A DNA stretch of 60,987 nucleotides, filler included, from Sphacelaria rigidula (GCA_964200075.2; 3 parts of 3 records of this genome joined end to end with filler, not necessarily neighbours in it), one strand, 5' to 3'. Shown: positions 21,681 to 35,415, counted from the first letter of the whole stretch. A program made the numbers and translations. The notes: generated from the sequence alone by a model not told the origin.

Positions 21681-22237
21681 CCCCCCCCCGTGTTAGCGTT
21701 GCTCTTTTAGAACACCGCTTCACGACACCACAAATCGTACTTGTTTTCTGTCATGCGACGTTGTTCTTTTTTATAATGCTTCGACACGAATTACATCAAA
21801 AACTGTACCGCCGACATTCATACTCGAATCTAGGTTTCTTGCGTTGCACTTGGTACCACTTCTCACACTTTTCAAGTTTTACACTCACGCAGTAGCGGCC
21901 CATTCTCGCTCACGTATTCTTCACCGTCTCTCCGCCAACCCTCCTGCCAAAACCAGCGCCGAACCTTTTATGCTCCTCGAACAATCCTTTGACACAACGA
22001 AGTACGAGAGCTTGGCTGTTTATAACGCGTCAGCCGTGACGCGCTAAAAAAGGGACCGCTGCCGACCGAAGGCAACACACCGTGTGAGTGCCGCGTTGTG
22101 ATCAAATAGACTCGGAACCAAAATCGGGGGCGCGGGGCAAGGAATTCATGTGGTCCCCAGCGCCCCCCAATCTTAGTTCAAGTCTATTCGATCACAACGC
22201 GGCTCTCACACCGTGTATGCCTTCATCACCAATAAAA

Positions 22238-22328
22238 TAGAGCGGCTGTCCGCGTGAGGGGACGATGACCTAGAGCGGCTGTCCCCATGAGGGGACGATG
22301 AAATAGAGCTGGTGTCCGCTTGAAGGGA
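22238..22328 (+). repeat. 33-bp minisatellite, about 3 copies
   Basis: TAGAGCGGCTGTCC...TGAGGGGACGATGA repeated. Confidence 0.8.
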
Positions 22329-22723
22329 TTGGCCCTGCGGGCCGAGGGCACGCGCGGTGATGGTTTGCACAACACAACACTGAGTGCTGTTCGTACATCG
22401 TCCTCGACACGCGAAGGGGGTGTCCATGTCTTTCGTCATAGATTTGATATATCCCGTGCACCTTATGTTCGCATTCTGAGTTCGAATTCTGTGTAGGACC
22501 TCTGCGCCTTTTGCCGTACGTGCTTCTGTACCTATTTCTTCCTGCTGTCTTTCTCTGTCTTCCTTCATGGGTTGTACATCTCCCGTGCACCTTGTGTGCC
22601 AATTCTATATAGCGCGACCGCGTCTTACTCGGCAGTTTTTTTGTACGTATTGTCCTGTTCCGTGTATGAGTTCTTCTGAAGCAGATCGCGACTGGTTCGG
22701 TCAAGTCTAAGATACAAACAGTA

Positions 22724-22831
22724 CACGGGTGGCCACTGGGGTGCCTGCAATCTCAAATGTGGACGATACAGACGTTGTACAACATCTGTAACGTCCAAAT
22801 TTGATTGCAGGCACCCCAGTGGCCACCCGTG
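22724..22831. mobile_element. Palindromic Tc1/mariner-type (Stowaway-like) MITE, 108 bp, TA TSD
   Basis: TA|CACGGGTGGCCACTGGGGTGCCTGCAATC...GATTGCAGGCACCCCAGTGGCCACCCGTG|TA; near-perfect hairpin centred on GTTGTACAAC. Confidence 0.88.
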
Positions 22832-23544
22832 TAGTACACAACGTACAAGACGTTTGTGAGATTTGAAGATGCGTCTCCGTTCGATATTCACCGCTGCGAC
22901 TGAAGCAGCAAATCGAGAGAGTTTTCACTTTCTGCTTTCATGGTATGTTTTTAAGGGCCCGTTTCATCGAGTCCAAAAATGTGGGAACGCGACGTGATAC
23001 TGACTACGACGGTTGGGGGTTTTTGTTTTTCCTCCATGATTCCGATTGGTTGTGAGTTGATGCCACATTCTCATCTACCCCAAAATCACTCTCACCGAAA
23101 TTAATGTTTTGGGAATTAATTTTCGTGAGAGCGGAGGGACATTCGCGTGAGAATGCGCAGAGGAACATGACATGGTTGGAAGGAGGGGGCTGTTGAGCTC
23201 TTCATGGGACAGACAGTTGGGATCCCGTCACAAGCAGCAGCCACGCGTGGGAGACAGATACATTCCATGTGCACAGCTCCCCCAGAGAGATGCGCACAGC
23301 TATTTTTCCCAGAACGTCGCCGAGTAAGCAAGCATGGACCCATCGACGGGTAGTACGTACCAGCGCTATCCAGCACAGTGGCCATCACTCGCAAGGTGCG
23401 TGGGTGTTGTCGCACGGTCGAAACGCGGACCGTCTACGATGAAGAGCAGCAGCAGCATCGGCACCAGCTGATTCAAAACCATCCCCAACCGTACGAGCTG
23501 GGCCGGCCATCAGTGATTTTCAAACGAAGAGTGGAGATGCGTCT

Positions 23545-23692
23545 GGCAAATCGAAGAGTTAGGCGCTGAAATTTTGACACCACATTTTCATCTTCAATCC
23601 GCGCAAAACTCCGAGTGGTGCAGAAGAAAAAAAAAACGAGAAGCTAGAGCGGGTTGAACTTTCAGCAAAAACAGGAAAATGCTGGAACTTCC
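23545..23692 (+). repeat. Dispersed repeat, copy 1 (copy 2 at about 39920-40020)
   Basis: Shared AAGAGTT.GGCGCTGAAA..TTGACAC and TTGAACTTT...AAAACAGGAAAAT blocks. Confidence 0.65.
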
Positions 23693-24936
23693 TCAAAAAA
23701 TGTTTATAACGATGACAACGCTCGGGTACATACGAGCACTCGCATCACCCATATCCTTGTACAGTTTCAGCCAAGAATACGTAAACTTGAGGCTCGCGTC
23801 GCACTTTTGTGTGACCCCGGTGGTCAAACTGATACAACAGCCTCAAAACACACATGTCATGAGTTCGAATCCCGGCATGACCACTTCTATTTTTTGTTTT
23901 CAACGGGCATGACTACATGCATGATGCCATGCCCGAATCATCAGTTGCGGTACCCGCGTCCTACGATGCAGCCGTGCACGCGCTGTAGGAGCTGCACGGC
24001 GCTTTTGCTTCGACCGGTTCTCACGTCAAGGATGGCCAACAACCTCTTATCGCTGAGTGTGGTCATATCTTTTGTAGAAGCATGGAACGAGGCGGAGACA
24101 GGTGCGATTTCGCTCGGCAAACATGTCTTCTGTGATTTCGGAAGAACACTGTACAATCGTTTCAACACGACTGCAGCTTTCATCGCTCTGTTGAACCTGC
24201 CTTTCGGGAGTGATCGTGCAGGTTTTCTGCTGTCAGACAGCGACATCGAGTTGTGTTGTAGAGGTTGCAGCATTCCTCGACTGCTTTCGCCCGCACATAT
24301 CGGGTGTTCGCGTACCTGTGCGGGTGGAATTTACTATCGTAATTCCTCCGCATTTTGTGAAACGCAAGTCTCCAGACACGCTATCGCACGAAGAACTGGG
24401 ACGTACTCGGTGCTCAATGCAGTACAATAACATCATCGCCAAAAGTGCACCAATCGAGCAGCGGCGATGCCCATGTTACCAGGTTAGTCTGCAGTTCACA
24501 GCGATATGCTCAGGTCGTGCTGATTCGGGAAACTTGAAGAGTTGTGGTGACGACAAGGGATGTTGGGTTTATGGCCGGCCCAGCTCGTACACACTTACTG
24601 GCAATAAAGATGCTGCAGCTGCCGCTGCTGCTTCTTCTTCTCGTGCAGAAGGTGGTCCGCGTTTCGACGTGCGACAATACCCATCCACCTCGCGCGTTAC
24701 TTTCTGCTCCCCGCTTGAAATCGATTATGGTCTGTTTGCGTGTTGTTACCCTTATATTGTATCAGTATACTGTAGCATTTCAGCACAAGTACATTTTACT
24801 TGTTTTCCCCTGTATTGGACGCTGGCTATATTTTTTCAACGCCATCACCAGCAGTAGCCACGCGTGCGAGACACACCCGAGGATAAGTGATTGTTTGCGA
24901 GGATACATGATTTTCCCGCTTTTACTCATTACTTCA

Positions 24937-25030
24937 GCCGCCGTGTCCCGGTGGTGTAATAGTGGTCGGGCTGTCACCGGAATAGTGGTGAAGAGAACAA
25001 GGGTTCCAATCCCGGCGCGTTGGAAGTTTT
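24937..25030 (+). mobile_element. tRNA-derived SINE-like head
   Basis: GCCGTGTCCCGGTGGTGTAATAGTGG (A box) ... GGTTCCAATCCC (B box, 25002-25013). Confidence 0.6.
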
Positions 25031-25393
25031 CTTCGTAATATCTGATTTCCACCGTCGAAAGCGTGAGTACGTGAGTAAACAACAGTTCACTAAGGTTGTT
25101 CGACAAGAGTTGACGCGATGCGGGAGTGCTGATGGTCCGTATGATGCAATCCGCGAGACAAACAATCTGATGATACCATAGTTATATGAAGTAGCCGGTG
25201 AGTGGTGGTGTGGGATATTACCAGCGGAAACAAAAAGTTGAAATGCGCTACTGACTATATCATGCCTTCAAACATTAGATCGTGCCGCGTCATTACTATG
25301 AATACTATCATTACTCTTCAGTATTATTATCAACATTTTACTATTATTCATGAGGATTATGATCATTCGTTCTGTTATCATAGTTGGCATTAT

Positions 25394-25567
25394 TGCACAC
25401 CTTGGACAATATATGGTCAATAGTTGCAATAGACAAGAAACGTACTGCATGAAGTATAGGCCTATTGCACCTATTGTGGGCCGGCAATGGTTGCAATAGG
25501 CCTACACTTTATGCAGTACACTTCTCGTCCATTGCCTCTATTAACCATATATTGTCCAGGATGTGCA
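25394..25567. mobile_element. Palindromic MITE, family copy 1
   Basis: Arms TGCACACCTTGGACAATATATGG...AGGCCTATTGCA versus TGCAATAGGCCT...CCATATATTGTCCAGGATGTGCA; second copy at 36951-37116. Confidence 0.85.
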
Positions 25568-26887
25568 TTATCGAGATTATTACGGACTTAAATTACTTCG
25601 TCTTTACCCATCATAATGTCAATCGTTGAGATTAGCGCGGAATTTAGTAACTTTGGCTTGAGTCATGACCATTGGTCATCACTTTTGCACATCCTTCATA
25701 CCCGCGCAGTCATGGAGAAGAAGTTCTCATGTAATTCATTATGTTGAGAAATAACAATTTGCGAAAAAGATTAATTCCCACGAGCGGCCGGGGCCAATAT
25801 TTTCGCCAATAATCTATGACGGTCATCACTTCTGCACGTCGTTCATAGCGGCAGTCCTGGAGAAATTTCATGTGTTTTGTTGTATAGTACTGGGCGCCTT
25901 CTTTTTTTTTGTTCAGAAAGGTTTTGGTACTCTTTGACAGAATTCGAAAGTGCTGGCGTCGGTGGAGTTTGGTAACACGAACAAATCGCCTCTCCCCCCC
26001 AGTGCCCGAGTCAGGGTTAGTTGGTGTTATCGGGCGATACGAGTAGATACCCCGTTCATCAGGAGGGGGTACTGAGCGTGAATCACAGTTTTTCGGCTCT
26101 AGTACAATGGGTAGGTAGAACTTGAAAGAAACAAACCTGTACCTTTCTTGAAAAAAAACTATCGGGACAGGCTCGATCGACCGAAAATACCGAAGAGTCA
26201 GAATCTGGGCTGAAACATGTCTGTACCCCCGATGATCGCTCAGCCCATACCTCACTCAGTATTTGAGTACCGATGATTTTGTTTTGAGATCCTCGATGTG
26301 ATGAACGTTGGCAAGCGCAAGAGCTCAAGAGAATCGCCAACTCCGAAGAAAGCTACGAACTAGGATCAATTTCCACGAATGGGCGAGGCCGGAGCTGCCC
26401 AAACCTCGCCAATGAGATGGCTCGAAGAGATTTGTCGACGCGGTCTACTGTCTTTTTCATGCACTTTCGCTCATCAATCATACACGTAGTCCTGTAGTTT
26501 TTTTCGTGCGTTTTGTTCTACCCGATAATGAAAATCGCAAAAGAGGATAAAAATGTCACGAGGGCTTGGCAACGATACACCCGAGTCGCACAAAGAGCTG
26601 GGCAGGGTCGGAGCTCCGCTCCGGCCCGAACGGCTTGTAGTATATATATATAGAGTATTTCGAACTCACCAGCCTCAAGCATACTTTGTGACGAGGCGAT
26701 CACGAGCTTTAGAACTGATTTTAGTGTGCAAGTTCCTCCGCACCCGCCCCGAGAGATGACTGTTCGGGCCAATGCCAATGCTAGGGACCCATTGCCCGGA
26801 TTCGTGCTAGAATTCGTGTACGAGCTGGTTCAGAGTGAACGCCCAAAATTCATTCCCCGGGATTTCCTCACGCTGTTTTTTCGAGTT

Positions 26888-27567
26888 AGGCCACGAAAAT
26901 TTGCATACATGCTCTTCAGGGCACTATCTAAAACTCGAAGACCGTTTTTTTTTTCTTCTGTTGGTATCGAGATAGTCGGGATCTGACCCCTCCCCCGGTC
27001 AAGTAGGTCAACCGCGACCTTTAGATAAAAAACCACCAGCAAATAAATAAATAAATCCCGGTCTTCGAGTTTTCGATAGTGCCCTCCAGAACATGTGTGC
27101 AAATTTTCGTGGTCTGAGGCCGGATGTTATGGCACACAGATTTTTGGCTCACGAATCGGTCACTTTCATGGCGTCTGAGCCACTTTTTGACCCCCAAACA
27201 GGGAAAGTCGCCGACACACGTCTTGGGCATTTTGCATCACCCCACAGAGAGGAGCCTAGCCCACTTTTCAGATTCGCTTGGCTCCAAGATTTCGAGAGCA
27301 GCCGCTGAACAAAAATCCGTGTGCAACAAAATCTACGGCGATCTCCGCAGAATATTGGGCAAATTGGCGGGGGTCAGCAAGCACGGATTTTCGCACGCGA
27401 AGTTTTGTTCAGCGGCCAATCTTGGAACCTCAGAGCCAAGCGAACCTAAAAAGTGTCCAAGACGTGTGTTGGTGATTTTCCCTGTTTGGGGGTCAAAAGG
27501 GGGGTCCAATTTCCCAAAGATGAACAACCTGTGGGCCAAAAATCTGTATGCCATAACATCCGGCCTA
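26888..27567. repeat. Two adjacent inverted-repeat pairs (foldback-like structure)
   Basis: 26888-26945 is inverted versus 27058-27117; 27117-27233 is inverted versus 27448-27567 (AGGCCGGATGTTATGGCA.ACAGATTTTTGGC...TTTTGACCCCCAAACAGGGAAA...ACACACGTCTTGG). Confidence 0.85.
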
Positions 27568-27774
27568 ACTTGAACAAACGGCCGGAGTATAAAAAAGTCT
27601 GTAATTACTTGATTGAAGTACAGAATCGTGTTTTGGGGAGTGGTTTTCACGGTAAAAGATCCAGCCGATTCAGTTTTTCGAGTTGAGCAACAAAAATCTG
27701 TGCACAATTCCTTGGGATACCACATAACCCTAAGATGTCAAAATTTTGGTGTCGGGGCATTATGTATCGGTTTC

Positions 27775-28272
27775 CTGGGGTCTTTGTTCTGGGACCCCCG
27801 GAAGCCGGTAAAGAACGGAGAAACCTTTGAAATCTTGCCAGGAATATAATTTTTCCATTAGGAGCATCAATACCTACGAAACTTCCGAGTTTGATGATGA
27901 TCTGAGCTTTTCTCCAACAGATAGAAGGGAAATCGTCACGAGGCTCCGTGGATCTTTCGTACTCATGACTGGAAATTAGGCGACGTCAAAACTCCACATT
28001 ACCGAATCATCACGGTTTTGGGCGAAATTCGACCCCGTTGGAACCGTTTTCAAATCTGTTTCTCCCTTTAGATTCCCAAGCTGATGACGGTTACTACGAT
28101 TTGAACCATATAGAGATTCGGTGGAAATTAGGCTTGAAATTCGTGTTTTCAATTTCGAAGGCGCTGATTGGTCGGGACATATTTTTGTCCATAGCGCCAA
28201 CGCTATAGCCTTGAGCAAAAATCGGCTATGTCACCCTTTTCGTCTGTTTATTGCGATCAGTATGATACCACA
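27775..28272 (+). repeat. ~500-bp dispersed repeat; inverted copy at about 54310-54822
   Basis: Collinear blocks such as GATGATCTGAGCTTTTCT, AAGGGAAATCGTCACGAGGCTCC, AATTCGACCCCGTTGGA, GGCGCTGATTGGTCG, GCTATAGCCTTGA and GTCACCCTTTTCGTCTGTT match the reverse complement of 54310-54822. Confidence 0.9.
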
Positions 28273-31200
28273 TTTGTGCATATTGGCTGGGTATCGCGTT
28301 CGTCATTAGCCGGGGAAATTTTCTTGAGTATTCAATCTGAACCAGCGGGTAGACCTGCGTTCGCGACCGTTCGAACGGACGCGAGATCGCGGTGGTCCTG
28401 CAATGTTTCCGAAGCAGATGATTACTTGGTGACAGCAATCTATTTATGCCGGGGTACAGACAGTGCATAACGACATCAAGAACGGAGGTCACGGCGCTTA
28501 TTGTCGGTGGGTGGATGCACCGACAGCTTCTCGCACACAAGGAGGAACGCGAAACGAAGTCTAGCGCAAAACGGCGCTGAATGCTGACGTTGTGTTGTCT
28601 TAGTCTGGAGTTGAAAGCTTGCGATGCAGAGGGTTGCCGGTGCAAGGGATGCAAAAAGTAGTTCAGTACCGACATAACCGAAGGCAGCGAGCGGAGGTCA
28701 TGGATTGAATCGGCATCATTTCACATAAAAAATGTATACAAGACCGAGATGGACTGCCCTCCCCTGGTGTATTGGTCATGAATATGGACAGTATAAACGG
28801 CAGTATGCATTCAGTCAAGACTTCGGACGTTGGGTGACTTTACCACCTCGGTATATCGAGGGGTATATGCCTCTCGGACAGCCGCCCTGTACCGCGTGGT
28901 TTTCCTCGGAGGCCGTCTATGTAGAACAAACGTTCTACTTGCCTGCCGAGGCCAAGTCGCCCTTTTGACAGTACAGTTGGAAGTACTAATCGAGGCAACA
29001 AGAATGACTGGACTGTTCGAGGGAATCACAACGACCACAGACAAGAATTCTCATTTTCCTTTTTTGTCCGGGTATGCTCCGCCCAAATTCACTTGTTTCT
29101 ACAATCCAATCTCTTCACGGCTTGATCGCAGGCGCAAGCAATGCCCTCACTGTACACACCCTACACCCTGTTGCTGACCATCCCTACGCACCCGATAGCA
29201 GTGGCCTGATCCTCCTTCTTTGAAGTCGAACCCTCTAAACCTGAAAAAAAACAAATTATTTGAAAATAATTTCCGGCTTACTGATCTGACCGCGGGACGT
29301 GCCCTGAAATGGCCACTGCAGTGTTATGCATTGGGGTTGCGAGCACCCAACGCAACAGTCAGCACTTGAATCGCACACGTAACCGTGGAGAACCGCCCGG
29401 ATTAAACTTATCAATCGATGGAGTACGTCCTGGGCAACGCACCATCCCCAATAAATTCAAGTGAAGAAATAATCACAGCCAGCACGGGCACGGGGAGAAA
29501 CGTCGGGGTGCAGATCTGAATCGATCGCGGAGTAACTTTACTTCAGTGCGTACGCATGTGCAAATACAATACCCTCAGACACTTTCTGCTGAGGAAAGCC
29601 TCGCCGCTTGTGTACACAGCCGCACAAGGAACCCAAGGTAAAAAACACTGCGTGTACAGGAGCAGACAACATCATGGTAACCGAATCGTGCTCTCCTCTT
29701 CATCTGTGGTGTTGATTGTATTGGTACCGCCATGTTCGCCGTACCGCATCTACAGCCTCCGTCCGCTGCGACGTGAGCTTGTACGTTGGGAATACACCGA
29801 CAAATGTCACTCACACTCCACTCAACCCAGGGTGAGGCGTATGTCGTATCGGCTTACTTTTCACTTGAAAAATGAGTGCAAAACCCAAATGACTTGAACA
29901 GGGGGTCGGAGACTTCAACTCTAGAGCCGGTTATTTGTGGGAGGAGGAGACCGTCCCCAGACATTCTGAGTTGTAAAATGAACACTAGACATCATCCTGG
30001 CGATCGAGTGCACTTTCAGAGCGGGCGGCAAGAGTATCGATCCCCAAAGGAGTAATCCGATACTCGACGATTCCCACAGAAGGGAGAAATGCGGCGGGGG
30101 GCACAGAGAAGATAGCATTGTACTGTACTGTGCTGCATGGTGCACTTCAGCTTTGTCTATTTACACAGAGAGCAGCCACCTCATGATGGGCCAGTTGTGT
30201 TTGTTATGGGAGAACTGTTTACTTCGAAAATGAATACCCACCACAGCCCAAAACCGTTTTCTGCAACTGGACGCAGGAAGGAATAACGGTGTCGGAGAGT
30301 TTGGTGTAGTCTGATCGTTGGTGATAACCATAGACGAACAGAACGAACGCAACGGGTGGGAGAAAGAAGACAACGCTGTACTGTAATGTAAAGCATTCCA
30401 CTGCCGTACTCTACTGTGCGTTTCCGATTGGCTTTGTCTCGACCTATATAGAGGGGCACCCACAGGGCTGGTCATCTGTGTTGCATTGTCACAGTTTCGA
30501 CGTAAACATGAATGATGAACAGACCGTACCGGCGATGCAATGCAGCAGAGACGTGTGCGTGTCATGGGTGCAGATGGCCTTCTGCGCTTCTTTTCCCAAC
30601 CGACCGGGCGGCTCATTCGCTTCGTCGCCGATCGACTGGGCGTATCCTTCCCTTCTCATTGGCTTGTGCGATTTTCCGTTAGGAAGATCCCGGACAATTT
30701 TTGCAAAAATTTCCTAAATATTGTCGCCCCGATTAGCACCTCTAACAGTACAACACAAAATTGAACTGTTGTGTATATACCCCAAATATAAAACGGGACG
30801 CAGACTCTGATTTTGCCCTCAATCGTTGATGGAACAAGCTAAAAATGTGACCAATGTCCCACGATGTGTCCACTAAGGCAGCACATAGTCGCAATCATGC
30901 ACTAAGATCGTCTGCGGGAACTTCTACTCGTCTTTGTATCCTGCACGAGGGCGGCTATTGCCGGGGCACCCAATGCTCCGGTATTTTTCATATTCAGTTT
31001 TACATATCTTTCACATCCGTCGACGTGATCTATACTGGAATGAGTGTATAATGCCCGCAACCGTCCGCACCCGAGCTTCTCATACTGTAAAAAATATATT
31101 GGAATTGTGATAATAATAGAGAGTTACGGAAAACAGAAACAGGCCGGCAAAACTGAGGGATAATCATCGTTTGATTGGATGTAGTAAGAAGACCCAAATT

Positions 31201-32192
31201 ATCCCTGATTTTTTTGCTCAAAATTTTGTTTTGCGAAGCTCTCCAATACATCCAAAGTTTAGCATCTATATACAAGATGATATTTGGCGCTACGCTTCAA
31301 ACAAGATGCGCGTGTATTCTGTAAGTGAAAAATACACTTATAGACGTTCAAGAAGTTGGTGTTTGAAACCCTGTGTCTCCCTACCTATGCTCGTAGTGCG
31401 TGATTAGAACACTGTTAACTTCACACCGAGAGATGAGTTCTAGTCCTGGGTCGGGTTTTTTTTCCTGCTGGTGGTGCCGTAAGAACATACTTTTTCTACA
31501 TCGGGAGTCGATTTTGTCTTCCATTGCCATCGCCCCACTTCTCTCATCATTCATGCCCGCGATCATATTCCTCGTCTCGCAAATTTTGTTTCCATCATCA
31601 TAATATCATCCCTTCCCACTTCCACCAACCAACATCGTCTTTTCTGTGAACAAACACAAAAACACCGAAGACATCGGTGCGAGCGGAGGGAATGCTATGA
31701 CATATCGACCGTTGCTCTTTTTCTCAGTCCCGCTGAACAAAAATTCGCATGCACTTTTCCTCATCGTTCCACCCGCAATGCAGGACTCTTTCTGGTGACA
31801 CGTCCTTAGTGCCACAATTTACAGCGCTCTCCCCTCGAAATGAAAATCTGACCTTTGAATTTCAAATTTGCACTTGCTACTGCTCTATCCTCAGAGTGCT
31901 CTCGTCTCTGTACCCACATCAATAACCACGAAAATCACCACGCGATACTCATCATCGATCCATGGATTGAGTATCCCGCCCCGTCAGCTGATTGCAACAA
32001 TCCAGATGGTGGTCATGGTGGGATTCTAGGTGCTTTGAGATCTGCAGGTCAGCGTTGTGCGTCGTGTGCGTGTGGAGGTGGCGCTGCCCACCTTGGGCAC
32101 ATCAATTAGTTATCTTCCGAACTCGCACAGGGATCTCAAACGCTTCTCCGCACTGCCGAATGACAGTCTTGAAATCGGTATAGAGGGTAAGG

Positions 32193-32324
32193 CAGGTACC
32201 CCGTACTGGTATTTCGGACATCTCATACCCTACCGATACCGACCCAATCGTGTATTTTCAAGTGTCATACCCACGATACCCACGATACCACGGTAGTTCA
32301 ATATACCAGTACCTACCGCACCTG
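32193..32324. mobile_element. Small hAT-like MITE relic with GATACC subterminal motifs
   Basis: Imperfect TIR CAGGT...GTACTGGTAT / ATACCAGTAC...ACCTG; repeated CGATACC; no 8-bp TSD. Confidence 0.45.
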
Positions 32325-33247
32325 TTCCTTTGGTATCTGTTCCTTTCGCGGTCAGTGAACACCGCTAAGCGACCGGTGTTCACCTTTTCTGTTGCAACGG
32401 AATAGGCGTTCGTCTCAACTGGGGGACGAGTCTTATGTATGGAGAGGTACAGAGGGGTCAATCGGGTTTGGTTTAGCGATTCCTGCCCGTCGCGGGTTGG
32501 CGCCAGAGCAAGCAAAGGCGTGTGGTGTGTACCAGCAGTGAAACATCATATTTCGACGTCAACACTCTCCCATAGATGACAAATCTTCGTTTATGTTTCT
32601 GTCGCTCGAAAAAGTGCGGTTGGAGAAACAATTGCCATCACATGTGTCCACCGCATTCTCCTCCTAGTTGGCATCAACGATTGTTTTATCATTACGGCGT
32701 GCCTTCGCATATCATTTTTTTTATGGAAAATATACGGTGGAAAATGAAGACTTCGATTTGATAGGCCGTGATTTCAGTCTCTTTTGTATTGAAACTTTGT
32801 TTCCGCACATTAGTCCGATCTTTCAAACGCGTGGTCACAGACGTGGGCTCGTCCTTCCAATACCGTCACTGCTATTCCGCCGTCGTAATTTCTGTAGAAA
32901 CCGGGTCAATTTATGACCTATTTCATCGGATTTCATGATTGCCACCGCACGTTTTCGATCGAAAAATGATATACGAAGATACGGCCTCAGTGGCGAGCGG
33001 GAAGAAGTGGAAAATAATTAGGCTCGCTTTTTCTAACGAACCTACGGGCGAAAAGCACAAAGAGGCGCTCGGCCCTAACATGTAGACCACCACGCAACAT
33101 ACCATATGTTCAAATGATGATGCAAACTAGTACACACCATTCATCGCTAGCTACGGTCGCAACCGTGCAGCATAAAGCAGGAGTTGAACACAAGGATGAC
33201 TGCACTAGTTGCGTATGCTGTGCATACATTTTGTCGGTGAATACTTG

Positions 33248-33843
33248 CACACGTCGGACGAGTCATGACTCGTCGAAACGAGTACACTTGTTAATGTTCC
33301 TCGAAAACATCACGAGCGCGACTCGTGTGCTCGAGTTATTCATTTGTCTTCACCAAGACCGATGACTCGTGTGCTGGAGTCATTTTTTTTTCCACGACGA
33401 AAAATGACTCGAGCGCTGACCTGTGAAATTTCTCTGCCACGAGGAATGACTCGAGTACTCGCCCTATTAACTGTTGTCACTACGAGCAATGACTCGAGTG
33501 CTCGCTCTATAGTTTTTCAACACGTCAAGCAAGCACGAGTATGACTCGTTGCACTCGCACTCGTTGGGCTGCTCCTTCGAGGTGAAAACGAAAAGGGCGA
33601 GTACTCGAGTCATTGCACGTTGTGGAAAAAAATCACGAATCAGGCACACGAGGCATGCTCGTTGTTTTCCAGAAAAACATCGACGAGTGCATTTGTTTCG
33701 CCGAGGAATGACTGTAGTACCCGCCCTCTTCATTTTTTTCACCACGAGCGATGACTCGGGTACTCACCCTATTACTTTTTTTTCACCACGAGCAGCCCAA
33801 CGAGTGCGAGACACGATTCATACTCGTGCTCGTCCGACGTGTG
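33248..33843. mobile_element. Non-autonomous TIR element with phased internal ATGACTCGAG motifs
   Basis: TIR CACACGTCGGACGAG / CTCGTCCGACGTGTG; about 11 ATGACTCG(A/T)G-like motifs in both orientations; a related element lies at 53800-54059. Confidence 0.85.
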
Positions 33844-34335
33844 AAAACTTGACCATCTTTTTCCATCGTAGGGACCAGGGTTAGAACAGCGTGGTAACGT
33901 GGCCAACCCCCTCGCGGACGCGGTAACGGACACAATGCATGTACAAAGCTGCGCGGTGTCCGAGTCTTTTTCACGTCTCATTGGGGACAGAGAGAACAGA
34001 CGGTGCTGCCGTGGAAGTTCTGCATGTTGCCCGATCCTCTTTCACATCCTGCTGCACGAAACACGCAGACACGAACTTCACATACACTGCATTCAAACAG
34101 TGCAGGCAGTACGGACTGTCTGTATTGTTCACAAACGACCATCTACCGCTTCACGGATTTGACCGTTCTTTTCCGATAAAACGCTTGAAAATTCCCGTCG
34201 ACCCACCTCGAGAGGAAATGAGCGAATTTCGCCAAAATTAATTGCGATCGCTCCTATTTTTCGATAGAGTAAAGCCGCAAGACACTCACTCAGCACGTTA
34301 TGCCGTCGGCACGCGAACTGCCATAGACGCCTCCG

Positions 34336-35356
34336 TCAAAGCGTGTTCTCGATGTCGAGACAGCCACCAAGTGCGTCGACCCTATTCTCGAACGCGGTGC
34401 GGAAATTATTGAATAGAATGACTTCAACGGTTTGGTGGTTGCGGCGTTTTCTACATGTATTTTCTGTTGAAAGCCCTAGTGAGAGCTCCTCATATCCGTG
34501 TACAGTGCTGCCATCGCATGCGAAAGTACTCGTATCTTTTGGTAAAGCTGCGCGAACGGGCCATGTTTGCGTCGAAACAACTGATATCGGAATGAAGCTG
34601 GGAGCTCGCATGCACAAAGTAAAGAAGACAAACCTTGTGGATGGAATCCACATTTCGTCCATTCCACTGGCGATGAAAATCCTATGACACCAGCAGGGCG
34701 CGCCACAGTATCGTGCTACGATACGAGTAGTTTCCTGTGGAACCGCGGGTCCACATTCACATACTATCTCGTCGTCGCCGTTTGTGTCGTATGGCATTAA
34801 CATTACCTCTTGCCTCCGTACTTCAGCGCCCATCTCCCACACCGCATTCTCTTCATGCCTGCCATTCCAGCAACAGAATGTCGTGGCCGGCGCAGATTGT
34901 GCGTGCGCCGCTGTCATGCACACTGCATCCGCGCCACATCTTCGGCAATGCACACGATCTGTCATCAATATTTAATTGCGATCACTGTGTCCGTGCCGCG
35001 CCCGTCACCTCTAACCCTTGACTCCCTGTGCAGGTGGACTTCCGGCTAAGGAAATCGCTCGGAGCACATGGACGGAGGGCGCAGATACCTCGGCGGGACT
35101 GTTTCACCGCGGCATGCCCCATCCGGTGGGTCGGGGATGGAGATATTCCGTCGGCGGTACGCGAGGCTTTCGCCTGGCTGTGGGATAGGGAGTCGTGTGG
35201 ATTTGCCAGGCGTCTACGGAAAGCCTCCACGCTGTTGGTGTGAAGGGTGTAAGAACTCCGTGATAAACGGACGGAGGGGGGGGGGGGGGGGGGGAATTCA
35301 AACACCTGTTTGGGACCAAAAGGCGGGGGGGGAGAAGAATGGGGGGNNNNNNNNNT

Positions 35357-35415
<59 letters not shown>

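Noticed and set aside
23654-24430. 258-aa ORF as a real gene or Harbinger Myb-like protein
   Set aside because: It begins inside a dispersed repeat; only a faint resemblance (FVEAWNE...LYNRF) and no other support.
31380-31815. hAT transposase dimerisation-domain relic
   Set aside because: The similarity needs several assumed frameshifts; too weak to call.
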